From NCBI GenBank assembly GCA_021783235.1, contig JAJXUD010000013.1, positions 6,182 to 70,181 of the forward strand: 64,000 nt of DNA. The letters run 5' to 3'. The position numbers and the translations under genes are program-made. The notes under the pieces were generated by a model. The model did not search any database, had not been told where the DNA came from, and saw only the letters and a program-made list of their open reading frames with translations. Below, piece after piece: positions 26,347 through 35,652 of this stretch; the stretch's first letter is position 1, and each line of letters opens with the position of its first letter. This stretch comes from Myxococcales bacterium (GTDB lineage Bacteria; Myxococcota; Myxococcia; Myxococcales; JAKAPL01).

Positions 26347-27759
26347 TCAGGGTTCTCGCTCTCGTGGGTCCGCCGCCCCAACCCTCCCCTGCTCCGCCGG
26401 GGAGGGAGCCGCCTCCCGCCCTTCTTCCCCCGGCACCACCGGGAGAGGGACAGGGTGGGGGGACACCGACTCCGTTTCCTCCCCGAGCCCGAAGAGTCGC
26501 GCCGTCGCGTCGGCGAGCCCGCCCTCGGCGCCGAGTTCGGCGGCGCGGCGCAGCCGCGTGGTCGGCTCGTGGAGGAGCTTGTTGACGATGGCCCGGGCCA
26601 TCGCCTGGACGCTCTCCCGCTGCGCGTCGTCGAGCGCGGCGCCGAGGTGCTGGAGCGTGCGGCGGGCCTCTGCCTGGGCGATTTCGTCGGCGAAGCGACG
26701 CAGCTCTCCGAGCACCGGCGCCGCGGCGCGGCCGCGTAGGACACGGGCGAGCTCGCGCACCTCGACCTCGACGATCCGCTCCGCCCGCGTCGCCTCCTGG
26801 GCCCGAGCCTCGCTGTTCTGGGCCACGACCTCGCCGATGTCGTCCACGTCCTTGACGTAGACGTTCGGCAGCCTCGCGACCTCGGGATCCACCGAGCGCG
26901 GCACGGCGAGGTCGACGAGGAAGAGCGGTCGGAAGCGGCGGGCCTTGACGGCCTTGCCGACGAGCGGGCGGCCGATCAAGGGCTCGGGGGCAGCGACAGC
27001 CGAGACGACGATGTCGACCTCGGCGAGGAGGACGGGTAGCTCCGAGAGCTCGTGGGCCGTCGGCGAGACACCGCTCGTCGAGAGCTCCTCGCGCAGCTCC
27101 TCGGCATGGGCGAGGGTCCGGTTCGCCACCGCGATTCGGCGGACGCCGTGCGAGGCGAGGTGGCGGGCCGCCAGCGTCGCCATCTCGCCCGCGCCAACGA
27201 GCAGCACCGACTTGCCCTCGAGGGAGGCGAAGATCTTGCGGGCGAGCTCGACCGCCGCGAAGCTCATCGAGACCGCGGCGCGCCCGACGTCCGTTTCGGT
27301 CCGCACCCGCTTGGCCACGGCGAAGGCGCGGCCCACCGTCCGGTGCAGGCAGTCGCCCGCGGCCCCCGCTTGGGCGGCCGCCTGGAAGGCCTCCTTGAGC
27401 TGCCCGAGGATCTGCGGCTCGCCCACCACCATCGAGTCGAGGCTCGAGGCGACCCGGAAGAGATGGCGGACCGCCTCCTCGCCGCGGCGCTCGTAGAGGT
27501 GGCTCTCGACGACCTCGCCGCGGAGCAGGAAGCTGCGAAGCGAGGAGGCGGCCCGGTCGGCCGGCGCGCCGGTGCCGTAGAGCTCGACCCGGTTGCAGGT
27601 GGACAGCACCATCCCCTCGTTGATCCCGGGCAGCGACTTGAGCGAGCGAATGGCTGCCTGGAGATCTTCGCCGATCCGCGAGAGCCGCTCGCGCACGTCG
27701 ACCGGGGCGGTCCGGTGCGAGACGCCGAGCAGGACCAGGTTGTCGATCGGGTCGGCCAT
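26347..27759 (-). CDS. hemA: glutamyl-tRNA reductase
   Basis: ORF 26347..27759(-), 470 aa. It has LLGVSHRTAPVDVRE, the catalytic Cys in VLSTCNRVELYG, and the NADPH site LLVGAGEMA. The Pro/Glu-rich C-terminal extension is about 45 aa. Confidence 0.9.
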   Translation of the reverse strand: MADPIDNLVLLGVSHRTAPVDVRERLSRIGEDLQAAIRSLKSLPGINEGMVLSTCNRVELYGTGAPADRAASSLRSFLLRGEVVESHLYERRGEEAVRHLFRVASSLDSMVVGEPQILGQLKEAFQAAAQAGAAGDCLHRTVGRAFAVAKRVRTETDVGRAAVSMSFAAVELARKIFASLEGKSVLLVGAGEMATLAARHLASHGVRRIAVANRTLAHAEELREELSTSGVSPTAHELSELPVLLAEVDIVVSAVAAPEPLIGRPLVGKAVKARRFRPLFLVDLAVPRSVDPEVARLPNVYVKDVDDIGEVVAQNSEARAQEATRAERIVEVEVRELARVLRGRAAAPVLGELRRFADEIAQAEARRTLQHLGAALDDAQRESVQAMARAIVNKLLHEPTTRLRRAAELGAEGGLADATARLFGLGEETESVSPHPVPLPVVPGEEGREAAPSPAEQGRVGAADPREREP

Positions 27760-27762
27760 GGC

Positions 27763-28635
27763 CTAGCGGAACGTCCCCCCGTGCCGGTCCACGGGGCAGA
27801 GCGAGAGGCCGACGAAGCTGACCATCGCAAGCGCGAAGCCGAGCATCGTGAGGAGCGCCGCGCGGCGCCCCCGCCAGCCGGCGAGGGTCCGGGCCTGGAT
27901 GAGCCCCCCGAAGACGAGCCAGGTGACGAGCGCGAGGACCTCGCGCGGCTCCCAGCTCCAGGCGCTGCCCCAGGCCCCGTGGGCGACGAGCGAGCCCGAG
28001 ACGATGGTGAAGGAGAGGAGCGCGAATCCCCAGACGACGAGCCTCCGGTTGAGCCCGTCGAGGAGCTCGAGGCTCGGAAGCTTGGACCAGAGCCCAGCGA
28101 CCCGCGCGTGGCCCTTCATCTCGCGCTCCTGTACGAGGTAGCAGGCGCCGACGCCGCAGGCGATGGCGAAGAGCGCGTTGCCGAGGAAGGCGGCCACGAC
28201 ATGGATCGGCAGGAGCCCGGCGTGAAGGGCCGGCGGCAGCGGCGCGTCGGAGGTCGGGATGACGAGCGCGGGAAAGGCGATGGCGAGGACGAGCGGCGTC
28301 ACGAAGGCGCCGAGGATCGGCAGCCCGAGCCGCAGGTCCATCGCGAGGAAGCTCGCGCCCATGAGCCAGGCGAGGAGCGAGAGCCCCTCCCGGACGTTCG
28401 TCGCGAGGACCGGCCCTCGCAGCACCGCGAGCGCGCCGACCGCGAGCCCGTGGAGCACGAGGCCCGCCGCGAGGCCGGCCGTGCCAAGCCGCGCGGCGGC
28501 GGCCCGGCCCCCGCCGCGCGGGCTCCGCGGTCCTGCGCCGGGGACCTCGGCGACGAGGTGCCAAAGGTAGGCCACCGCGGCCGCCGAGTAGGCGAGCGCG
28601 GCGAGGCCCAGGCAGGCGTGGCTCAAGAGGGCCAT
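27763..28635 (-). CDS. cytochrome c assembly protein family (CcsA/HemX-like) membrane protein
   Basis: ORF 27763..28635(-), 290 aa with about 8 TM helices. The Trp-rich motif is HGAWGSAWSWEPREVLALVTW (WGxxWxW-D/E-P type). It ends 3 nt upstream of hemA. Confidence 0.75.
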   Translation of the reverse strand: MALLSHACLGLAALAYSAAAVAYLWHLVAEVPGAGPRSPRGGGRAAAARLGTAGLAAGLVLHGLAVGALAVLRGPVLATNVREGLSLLAWLMGASFLAMDLRLGLPILGAFVTPLVLAIAFPALVIPTSDAPLPPALHAGLLPIHVVAAFLGNALFAIACGVGACYLVQEREMKGHARVAGLWSKLPSLELLDGLNRRLVVWGFALLSFTIVSGSLVAHGAWGSAWSWEPREVLALVTWLVFGGLIQARTLAGWRGRRAALLTMLGFALAMVSFVGLSLCPVDRHGGTFR

Positions 28636-28646
28636 CGGGTCGGTCG

Positions 28647-29108
28647 TCAGTTCAAGTTGTCCAAGAGGAACTTCGCGAGCTCCTCGCGCTCGGTCTGCTC
28701 GCGGGACTTCGCGGCAGGCGCGGGCGCCGCGGCCGCTCCGGGCGGCGCCGGGATGGGCGAGATCCGGGTGCTCTCGAAGGCCGCCGGCGCGAGCGACTTG
28801 GCGAGCGGAGCGCCGGAGGCGACCCGGGTCAAGAAGCCTGGCTGAACGTCGTAGGCGTCCTCGCCGACCAGGACCGAGTTCATGTAGAGCTCGGCGCCGA
28901 GCGCCTGGAGCTGCGCGTCGCTCTTCACCTTCCCGACGAGCTTCGCGCGGTCATCGCCAGCGGCGAGGGAGACGAAGTGGACTCCGGGGGAGAGCTCGAA
29001 GGAGCGCTCTTCCTCGGCAATGCGGAGGAGGCTTCCCTCGAGTTCGGCCTTGCCCTCGGCGGTCCATTCGTCGAGGAGCTCCTGGGACACGAAGAGTCGG
29101 CGCGCCAT
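28647..29108 (-). CDS. hypothetical protein, first gene of the hem operon
   Basis: From ORF 28647..29240(-), with the start moved to ATG 29108 ([20 protein letters not shown]), 153 aa. GC3 is high. There is an Ala/Pro-rich linker, and the protein ends in an acidic helix, [14 protein letters not shown]. No family recognised. Confidence 0.55.
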   Translation of the reverse strand: MARRLFVSQELLDEWTAEGKAELEGSLLRIAEEERSFELSPGVHFVSLAAGDDRAKLVGKVKSDAQLQALGAELYMNSVLVGEDAYDVQPGFLTRVASGAPLAKSLAPAAFESTRISPIPAPPGAAAAPAPAAKSREQTEREELAKFLLDNLN

Positions 29109-29116
29109 GGGGGGTG

Positions 29117-29125
29117 ATCCTAGCA
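29117..29125 (-). promoter_or_regulatory. candidate extended -10 (TGcTAGGAT) placing the TSS at or next to ATG 29108
   Basis: The minus strand reads TGCTAGGAT followed by cacccccc and then ATG. There is no Shine-Dalgarno sequence, which fits a leaderless mRNA. Confidence 0.3.
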
Positions 29126-29171
29126 AATTCCGGGCCCGCGAGCACCCGGGAGGGGCACCGAGGCCGCGCCA

Positions 29172-29180
29172 TGGTATAAG
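29172..29180 (+). promoter_or_regulatory. candidate extended -10 (TGgTATAAG) placing the TSS at or next to ATG 29188
   Basis: The plus strand reads TGGTATAAG followed by cccaaaa and then ATG. There is no Shine-Dalgarno sequence, which fits a leaderless mRNA. Confidence 0.35.
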
Positions 29181-29187
29181 CCCAAAA

Positions 29188-30654
29188 ATGGCCCATGTAC
29201 CGCGCGTCCTGGTCGTCGACGACGAGGCCAACCTGCGCAAAGTTCTCGCGGCGACGCTGCGACGCGAAGGTTACGAGGTGGCCACCGCCTCCGACGGCGA
29301 CGCCGCGCTGGCCGAGATCGAGGAATCGGGCGCCGACGTCGTCGTGACCGACCTCGTCATGCCGCGACGGGACGGCCTCTCCTTGCTCCGGCAGGTGTTG
29401 CAGAGCCACCCCGAGATCCCGGTGATCCTCATCACCGCCCACGGGACGGTGGACAGCGCCGTGGAGGCGCTCAAGCTCGGCGCCTTCGACTACATCACGA
29501 AGCCCTTTGAGCAGGAGGAGCTCAAGCGGACCATCGCCAAGGCAACGCGGACTCACCAGCTCGGCGCAGCGAGCGTCGTCTCCGACGAGTCGGGACGGGC
29601 CCAGATGGTCGGCGCGTCCCCGGCGATGAAGCGGCTGCTCGAACTCATCGAAAAGGTCGCGGACAGCCCCTCGACGGTGCTCATCACGGGAGAGAGCGGG
29701 ACCGGCAAGGAGCTCGTGGCCCATCGGCTCCACGACCTCTCTTCGCGGCGCGGCCGGCCGTTCATCCGCGTCAACCTCGCAGCCCTGCCGAAGGACCTCG
29801 TCGAGTCGGAGCTCTTCGGCTACGAGAAGGGCGCCTTCACCGGCGCGGTCACCTCCAAGCCGGGCCGCTTCGAGCTCGCCGACGCCGGCACGCTCTTCCT
29901 CGACGAGGTGGGGGAGGTGCCGCCAGAAATCCAGGTGAAGCTCCTGCGGGTGCTCCAGGAGGGAGAGTTCGAGCGGGTCGGTGGGATCAAGACTCTGCGG
30001 GTCGACGTGCGGCTCGTGGCCGCGACGAACCGCGATCTCAAGCGCGATCTCGAGGCGGGGAAGTTCCGCGAGGACCTCTTCTACCGCCTGAACGTGGTGC
30101 CGATCGAGCTGCCGCCGCTGCGCGATCGACGGAGCGACATCCCACTGCTCGTCGAGCACTTCCGCGAGAAGTACAACGCGCGGCTCAAGCGGAACGTCGA
30201 GAGCATCGAGCCGAAAGCGCTCGACTGCCTCTCCCGATACCCCTGGCCGGGCAACATCCGAGAACTCGAGAACTTCATGGAGCGGCTCATTCTGTTCGCC
30301 GACGGGGGCGTGCTGCGCGAGCGGGACCTTCCCCCCGAGCTTTGCGAGCGGCCGGCCGCGCCGCAGGAGGGCTCGGCCCGGCTCGGCGCGCTGCCGGTGC
30401 CGTCCGAGCTTCCGCCCGAGGGGGCCTCGCTCAAGGAGATCGTCCGCTTCGCGGCGGAGGCCCTCGAGCGCGACCTCATCGCAAAGGCGCTGCTACAGAC
30501 GGGCGGCAACGTCACGCAGGCCGCCGATCGGCTGAAGATCAGCCGCAAGACGCTCCAGACGAAGATGAAGGAGCTCGGGCTTCGGGACGCCGAAGAGCCC
30601 GAGGAGCCGCCGGCCGGCGGGCTCGACGCGGCCCCGCCGGCGCGCGAGCTGTGA
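29188..30654 (+). CDS. sigma54-dependent response regulator (NtrC family: REC-AAA+-Fis HTH)
   Basis: From ORF 29020..30654(+), with the start moved to ATG 29188 ([13 protein letters not shown]), 488 aa. It has Walker A GESGTGKE, the sigma54-contact loop [10 protein letters not shown], Walker B LFLDEVGE, and the [27 protein letters not shown]. Confidence 0.9.
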   Translation: MAHVPRVLVVDDEANLRKVLAATLRREGYEVATASDGDAALAEIEESGADVVVTDLVMPRRDGLSLLRQVLQSHPEIPVILITAHGTVDSAVEALKLGAFDYITKPFEQEELKRTIAKATRTHQLGAASVVSDESGRAQMVGASPAMKRLLELIEKVADSPSTVLITGESGTGKELVAHRLHDLSSRRGRPFIRVNLAALPKDLVESELFGYEKGAFTGAVTSKPGRFELADAGTLFLDEVGEVPPEIQVKLLRVLQEGEFERVGGIKTLRVDVRLVAATNRDLKRDLEAGKFREDLFYRLNVVPIELPPLRDRRSDIPLLVEHFREKYNARLKRNVESIEPKALDCLSRYPWPGNIRELENFMERLILFADGGVLRERDLPPELCERPAAPQEGSARLGALPVPSELPPEGASLKEIVRFAAEALERDLIAKALLQTGGNVTQAADRLKISRKTLQTKMKELGLRDAEEPEEPPAGGLDAAPPAREL

Positions 30655-30774
30655 GCCGTCGGCTGGCGGAGCGCCGGCCGCCCGGTGGCGAGGTGAGCAA
30701 CTTGACGGTCGGCTGCTCGCCTGCTAGCCTTCGACGCTGATTTGTTTGGGATTTTCAGGGAGGAAGGGGACCGC

Positions 30775-32118
30775 ATGATCCGCCGCGCGCTGGTGACTGC
30801 CGCACTGGCGTTGTCCTCGGGCATCGCCCTCTCGGCCGAGGTGACGCACGTCGCCACGGCGGGGACGGAGGAGCACCCGGTCACCGAGATCGACCTCTCG
30901 CTGGGCTTCGTGGGCACGCAGGAGAACGCCGAGATTACCCGCGAGCAGTTCCAGCCGGCGGGCGGGCTGATCCAGGCGAGCCAGCTCGGCTACTCGCGCA
31001 CGACGCTCGTGGCCCCGCTGCGCGCCGCCATCGGCATCTGGCACAACCTCGAGCTGCACGTGAGCATCCCCATCGTCATCGAGGACAACCAGACCTGGGA
31101 CTACTCGAGCGAGGTGAAGCAGGCGAACGCTCAGAACGCCATCACCACCACCCAGACGCCGCTCACCTGCCCGGACGGTCCGTACAGCACCGACGGCAAG
31201 TGCCACGGGCAAGACGGCAGCCTCGCCGGTTACGTCCCACCGCCCATTGCCAAGGCGCTGCCGGAGACGAGCTACCGCGGCGGCTTCTCGGGCGGGAACA
31301 TCCCCATCGGGAACGTCACGTTCGGCGCGGCCTGGGCCGCCCTCTCCGAGGAGGACGAGGACACCGACCCCACCTGGGTCATCGCCTTCGACTACACCGC
31401 GCCGACCGCGCCGGTGATGAACCCGACCGCCGTCAGCTACACGGCGGGACCGAGCGGCCCCGCGACCGCCATCGGCGACGGCTTCCACCACTTCCAACCG
31501 TGGACCGCCCTCTCGAAGCGGCATGGCATCCTCGACCCATACATCGAGGTCTACGCCGACATTCCGCGCGCCTCCGGCAGCGTCTACAACAACTGCTCTT
31601 CGCCCTACCCCGGCACGACACAGCTGCGCGACAACTGCAACACCGGCCCCTGGACCAACTACGCGACCGAGGCGCAGCCCGTCTACATCGGCGGCTTCTG
31701 GTTCGGCTCGGAGTTCATCGCCTTCGAGGACGTGCCGAAGCAGCAGAAGGTCTCGCTCGACCTGCGCTTCCTCACCGAGTACCACAGCGAGGCCCGCACC
31801 TACACCGAGCTGACCGACCTCCTGCAGGCGCTCACGTACCAACAGGACTTCGCGCGGCTCGGCGGCTCGATGAACCTCTACCTGCGGGCCTCCAGGTCCT
31901 TCCAACTCGTCCTCGGAGCGGCGCTCGCCCACGACACCAATCACTGGCTCACGATGGAGAACCTCGGACAGCCGACCAGCGGCCAGTCCCAGATCACGGT
32001 CCGCTCGCCGCAGCAGAACCCGAACTTCGACTTCCGCTGGGACAACCCGGGCGACCGATTCATGCTGGTCAACTCGCTCATCATGACCTTCAACGGCGCG
32101 CTCCAATTCTCGTTCTAG
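30775..32118 (+). CDS. putative outer-membrane beta-barrel protein
   Basis: From ORF 30742..32118(+), with the start moved to ATG 30775, which is preceded by GGGAGGAAGGGGA. The signal peptide is [21 protein letters not shown]. The C-terminus reads NGALQFSF. No family recognised. Confidence 0.65.
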   Translation: MIRRALVTAALALSSGIALSAEVTHVATAGTEEHPVTEIDLSLGFVGTQENAEITREQFQPAGGLIQASQLGYSRTTLVAPLRAAIGIWHNLELHVSIPIVIEDNQTWDYSSEVKQANAQNAITTTQTPLTCPDGPYSTDGKCHGQDGSLAGYVPPPIAKALPETSYRGGFSGGNIPIGNVTFGAAWAALSEEDEDTDPTWVIAFDYTAPTAPVMNPTAVSYTAGPSGPATAIGDGFHHFQPWTALSKRHGILDPYIEVYADIPRASGSVYNNCSSPYPGTTQLRDNCNTGPWTNYATEAQPVYIGGFWFGSEFIAFEDVPKQQKVSLDLRFLTEYHSEARTYTELTDLLQALTYQQDFARLGGSMNLYLRASRSFQLVLGAALAHDTNHWLTMENLGQPTSGQSQITVRSPQQNPNFDFRWDNPGDRFMLVNSLIMTFNGALQFSF

Positions 32119-32125
32119 CGAGCCG

Positions 32126-32962
32126 TCAGCGCTTCCCTAGCACCTCGAGCGCCCGAGCGTAGATCTCCCGCGACGACGTCTCGCGCTCGCTGGCGAGCCG
32201 GTGAGCGATCTCGCGAAGCTTCAGTCCTTGGCCGGCGAGCTCCCGGATGGCCTCGTCGAGGGGTGGAGCCCTGGGCTGGCCGAGCGGCGGCTCGACGGCC
32301 CCCTCGACGACGAGGGTGACCTCCCCGAGCGTTCCGGCGGAGAAGCGATCCGCCAGTTCAGAGAGCCGGCCTCGCGTCACCTCCTCGTGGAGCTTGGTCA
32401 ACTCGCGCGCGACCGCCGCCCGACGGTCGCCGAGCGCGGAGGCGAGGTCCTGGAGAGTCTCGGCCAGGCGACGGGGCGACTCGAAGAGTACGAGGGTCGC
32501 CCGTTCGCCGGCGAGCTCGCGCAACGCGTCGCGGCGCGCGCCGCCCTTGCGCGGCAAGAATCCCGCGAAGAGGAAGCGATCGGTGGGCAGCCCGGAGAGC
32601 TGGAGGGCGACGATTGGCGCCGACGGCCCCGGCAGCGCCGTCACGGGGACACCTGCCTCGAGGGCGGCCTCGACGAGCAGCCGGCCGGGATCGCTGACGG
32701 CGGCGCTGCCAGCGTCCGTGCAGAGGGCGAGGCTCTCGCCCCCGAGCAGCCGAGCGACGAGAGCCCGCGAGCGCTCCGCCTCGGCGAAGGCGGGCAGCGA
32801 GGCGAGCCTGGCCGTGATTCCATGGGCCACGAGGAGGGTCCGGGTACGCCGCGTGTCCTCGCAGACGACGAGCGAGACCTGCCGCAGCAGTTCGAGGGCC
32901 CGCAGCGTCACGTCTCCCAAGTTTCCGAGCGGCGTCGCGACGAGGTAGAGCGTCCCGGCCAC
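32126..32962 (-). CDS. rsmI: 16S rRNA (cytidine1402-2'-O)-methyltransferase
   Basis: ORF 32126..32962(-), 278 aa. Blocks are GTLYLVATPLGNLGDVTLRALE, CEDTRRT, DAGSAAVSDPG and LFESPRRL. Confidence 0.85.
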   Translation of the reverse strand: MAGTLYLVATPLGNLGDVTLRALELLRQVSLVVCEDTRRTRTLLVAHGITARLASLPAFAEAERSRALVARLLGGESLALCTDAGSAAVSDPGRLLVEAALEAGVPVTALPGPSAPIVALQLSGLPTDRFLFAGFLPRKGGARRDALRELAGERATLVLFESPRRLAETLQDLASALGDRRAAVARELTKLHEEVTRGRLSELADRFSAGTLGEVTLVVEGAVEPPLGQPRAPPLDEAIRELAGQGLKLREIAHRLASERETSSREIYARALEVLGKR

Positions 32963-32965
32963 GCC

Positions 32966-33334
32966 TCACTCCGCCGCGTCGAACGCGTTGCGCACGAGCT
33001 CGAGCTCGAACCCGCCGCCTGGGGCCGAGCGCACGGCGAGGACGTCGAAGCGAACGGGCCGCGGAGGGCCGCCGTAGCGCCTGAGCCAGTCCCGGGCCGC
33101 GTGGACGACCCGCCGCCGTTTGGGCCCCGAGATCGTCTCGAGCGGATCGATCGGCGAGGGGCCGCGCGACCGGACCTCGACGAAGCAGAGACAGTCGCCC
33201 TCAAGGACGACGAGATCGAGCTCACCCCCTCGGCAGACGTAGTGCCGGTCGACCACCGTGAAGCCCCTGCGCTCGAGTTCGGCGGCGGCGAGTGCCTCCC
33301 CCTCCCGCCCCAACGCATGCCGCGAGAGCGTCAC
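32966..33334 (-). CDS. YraN family (UPF0102) endonuclease-like protein
   Basis: ORF 32966..33334(-), 122 aa. Blocks are GREGEALAAAELERRGFTVVDRHYVCRGGELDLV, CFVEVRSR and RFDVLAV. Confidence 0.8.
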   Translation of the reverse strand: MTLSRHALGREGEALAAAELERRGFTVVDRHYVCRGGELDLVVLEGDCLCFVEVRSRGPSPIDPLETISGPKRRRVVHAARDWLRRYGGPPRPVRFDVLAVRSAPGGGFELELVRNAFDAAE

Positions 33335-33342
33335 CGCGAACC

Positions 33343-35178
33343 TCAGGCGACCTGGACGGTGTGCGTGGCGAGCGGCCCGGCGCCTGGACCAAACCAGATC
33401 ACTTGGCCGTGCTTCGAGAGGGCCTGCGCCATCCGGGCGACGAGCTGGCAGCGGGCCGAGTCGAGGCCACTCGTCTCCTCGTCGAGAAGGAGGAACAGCT
33501 TCCGTCCGCTCAGGAGTCGCTCGGAGAGGACGAGCCGAAGCGCCCAGAGGCAGGCGCGCTGATCGTCAGCGGGGAGCCGGGCGAAAGGAACCGGATCGCC
33601 GGCCGGGCGCGCGAGGGACACGCCTCCGTCGGGGGCGTAGGACGGGGCCCCAAAGCGCCGCTCGGTCAGCGCGGCGACGAACTGACCCGATCGTTCGCGG
33701 ACCGTCTGCAGGAGCATGGCCGGCGTCATCGCGAAGATCTCGGCGGCTTCGCGGAAGAGTGCCGCGGCCTCCTCGGGGGGCGGCGGGCCGTCCACGGAGA
33801 GCGAGAGATCGCCGGAGCCGCCTCCCATCCGGCCGAGCTCCTCCCGCAGCTCTTCGAGCTCACGCCGGATCTCGCCCGGATCGCGCCGGTAACCGGATTG
33901 GGAGAGGAGCCCCTCGATCTCGGCGACCTGCTGGCGGAGCGCATCCCGCGAGCCGACCGCCGTCTTGACGGCCGGATCCTCCTCGAGGGCCGCGACCCGC
34001 GCGCAGGCCGCGGCATGGCGATCGACCATGGCCTTGCGGGCCGCCAGCCGCTCCTCGAGCTCAGCGACGCCGTCCGCGCCAAGCGAGCGCATCAGAGCCT
34101 GAGCACCTTTCGCCTCGGACTCGAAGGTCCGAAGCGCACGGGCCTCGCGATCGGCGAGCATGGCGAGCTTTCTCGCGACGCCCTGCAAGCGGCGCGCGGC
34201 CGCCAGCCGAACGCAGGCCAGCCAGACGGCCCAGCCGAAGCCCGGGATGTCGAGGAGGGCCGCCCAGCGAAGCCCCGGCGAGAATCCCGAGCCCGCGATC
34301 GCGAGGGCGATTCCCCCGGCTCCGACGAGGATGCCGCCCAGAAACCCGCGGTCGGAGGCGAGCGAGCCGAGCGAGGCGCCCCCAGCGGGAGCCTCCCCGA
34401 GCGACTCCCGCTCCTCCGCGATTCGCCGGACCGCCTCGTCCCGTCTCTGCACGAGCTGCGGAAGCCTCTGCACCTGGGCAACGGTCTCGTCGGTGAGATC
34501 CGGCAACTTGGCGAGCTCGGTCGCGAGGCCCGAGACCTCCTGGCGCAGCCGTTCGACCTCCCCGAGCGCGTCCTCCGTCTGGAAGAGGCGCTGCTGGAGG
34601 CCGTCCAGCTGGAACTGCTGCCGCTCGATCTCCTCAGCGGCGCGCTGCTCCTCCTCCACCTCGGCGAGCCGCTTCCGGATCTCGCGCAGCCCCTTCGGCT
34701 TGGCCTTCTCGACGCCTCCCGTCAGCTCGGAGAGCTTGCTCTCGATGCCGCGACCTGCCGCGTGGACGGGGGCCGCGGACGGAGGCGGGACCGCTGCCTC
34801 CTCGACGAAGAGCAGCAACGGCTCGAAGAGACGACGCTCGGGGAGACCGAGCGCCTGAAGCTGCTTCGTGAGGCCACCGGCCGATTGAATCGGGAGGAAG
34901 CGGGAGCTCGCCGAGTCGAGCCGACTCAAGCCGACCTCGCCACCGACGCTGCCAACCAGCCGGTAGGTCGCGCCGTCTGCGGCCAGAAACGTCGCACCTG
35001 CCCGCCCTCCCGCCACGCCGGCGAGCCGCTCGCTCTCGGGAAAGAAGAGGCAAAGCAGGGCCTTGACCAGTCCATTGGCAGGTGCCCCGACCACGGCGTT
35101 GAGGCCAGGACGAAAGGACCAGCGCCCGGAAGCAGGCAGCCCCTGAATTCCTTGCGCGGCGAGCTCGAGGAGGATCAT
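33343..35178 (-). CDS. SMC/Rad50-like coiled-coil protein with degenerate ATPase motifs and a central TM hairpin
   Basis: From ORF 33343..35223(-), with the start moved to ATG 35178 (MILLELAAQGIQG), 611 aa. The N-terminal head reads GLNAVVGAPANGLVKAL where GxxxxGK[ST] is expected. The middle is long Glu/Arg/Leu-rich coiled coil. Two hydrophobic helices are FLGGILVGAGGIALAIAG and FGWAVWLACVRLAAA. The C-terminal head has LPADDQRACLWALRLVL and Walker B KLFLLLDEETSGLD. Confidence 0.6.
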   Translation of the reverse strand: MILLELAAQGIQGLPASGRWSFRPGLNAVVGAPANGLVKALLCLFFPESERLAGVAGGRAGATFLAADGATYRLVGSVGGEVGLSRLDSASSRFLPIQSAGGLTKQLQALGLPERRLFEPLLLFVEEAAVPPPSAAPVHAAGRGIESKLSELTGGVEKAKPKGLREIRKRLAEVEEEQRAAEEIERQQFQLDGLQQRLFQTEDALGEVERLRQEVSGLATELAKLPDLTDETVAQVQRLPQLVQRRDEAVRRIAEERESLGEAPAGGASLGSLASDRGFLGGILVGAGGIALAIAGSGFSPGLRWAALLDIPGFGWAVWLACVRLAAARRLQGVARKLAMLADREARALRTFESEAKGAQALMRSLGADGVAELEERLAARKAMVDRHAAACARVAALEEDPAVKTAVGSRDALRQQVAEIEGLLSQSGYRRDPGEIRRELEELREELGRMGGGSGDLSLSVDGPPPPEEAAALFREAAEIFAMTPAMLLQTVRERSGQFVAALTERRFGAPSYAPDGGVSLARPAGDPVPFARLPADDQRACLWALRLVLSERLLSGRKLFLLLDEETSGLDSARCQLVARMAQALSKHGQVIWFGPGAGPLATHTVQVA

Positions 35179-35247
35179 CCTGGGGTCACCCGACCGCTCG
35201 ACGAGGCGCCGGCCTCGCAACAACGGAGCCCGGCGCCTCGGGATTTC

Positions 35248-35652
35248 CTACTTGGCCTCGGGCGCCTCGACCGGGGCGGGGGCCGCAGCGCTCCCCTCGC
35301 CGCCAGCCTCCTCCCGCTCGATGCGGGCCGCGCGGCCCTGGAGGTCGCGCAAGTAGAAGAGCCGCGCCCGGTGTACCTTCCCGGCGCTCACGACCTCGAT
35401 CTTGTCGATGCGCGGGCTGTGCGTCGGGAAGATGCGCTCGACCCCGACGCCGTAGCTGACCTTACGAACCGTGAAGGTCGCTCGGTTGTACCCCTGCCGG
35501 CGACGGATGATCACGCCCTCGAACACCTGGACGCGCTCCTTGTCGCCTTCGCGGATCTTCGTGTGCACCCGGACCGTGTCGCCGGGACGGAAAGGGGGGA
35601 GATCCTTGCGGAGCTGACGCCCTTCGAGAAACTCCAACGCTTCTTGCCTCAT
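35248..35652 (-). CDS. rplS: 50S ribosomal protein L19
   Basis: From ORF 35248..35805(-), with the start moved to ATG 35652 after GGAGGAG. It overlaps the trmD stop as ATGA. Blocks are [29 protein letters not shown] and [17 protein letters not shown]. Confidence 0.9.
   Translation of the reverse strand: MRQEALEFLEGRQLRKDLPPFRPGDTVRVHTKIREGDKERVQVFEGVIIRRRQGYNRATFTVRKVSYGVGVERIFPTHSPRIDKIEVVSAGKVHRARLFYLRDLQGRAARIEREEAGGEGSAAAPAPVEAPEAK

Noticed and set aside
24704-28564. Very long ORFs in the six-frame track. Examples: 24704..28564(-) 1286 aa, 57440..62719(+) 1759 aa, 6462..9320(-) 952 aa, 18662..21319(+) 885 aa, 37631..40420(+) 929 aa, 54221..57037(+) 938 aa, 42783..45359(+) 858 aa.
   Set aside because: Their products are Arg/Pro/Ala/Gly-rich low-complexity strings, or Asp/Glu/Val/Leu-rich antisense strings, with no motifs. 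Each overlaps, in another frame or on the opposite strand, a gene with clear family signatures (hemA/C/D, rpoB/C, glt genes and others). This is the classic stop-codon-poor artefact of ~70% GC DNA.
24520-29108. The hem operon (hypothetical-ccsA-like-hemA-hemC-hemD), with C-terminal extensions on HemA and HemD, as something unusual.
   Set aside because: The gene order and the CcsA/HemX-like partner are a common arrangement. The extensions are low-complexity tails typical of GC-rich genomes, and the HemD tail may partly reflect read-through into the convergent terminator region.
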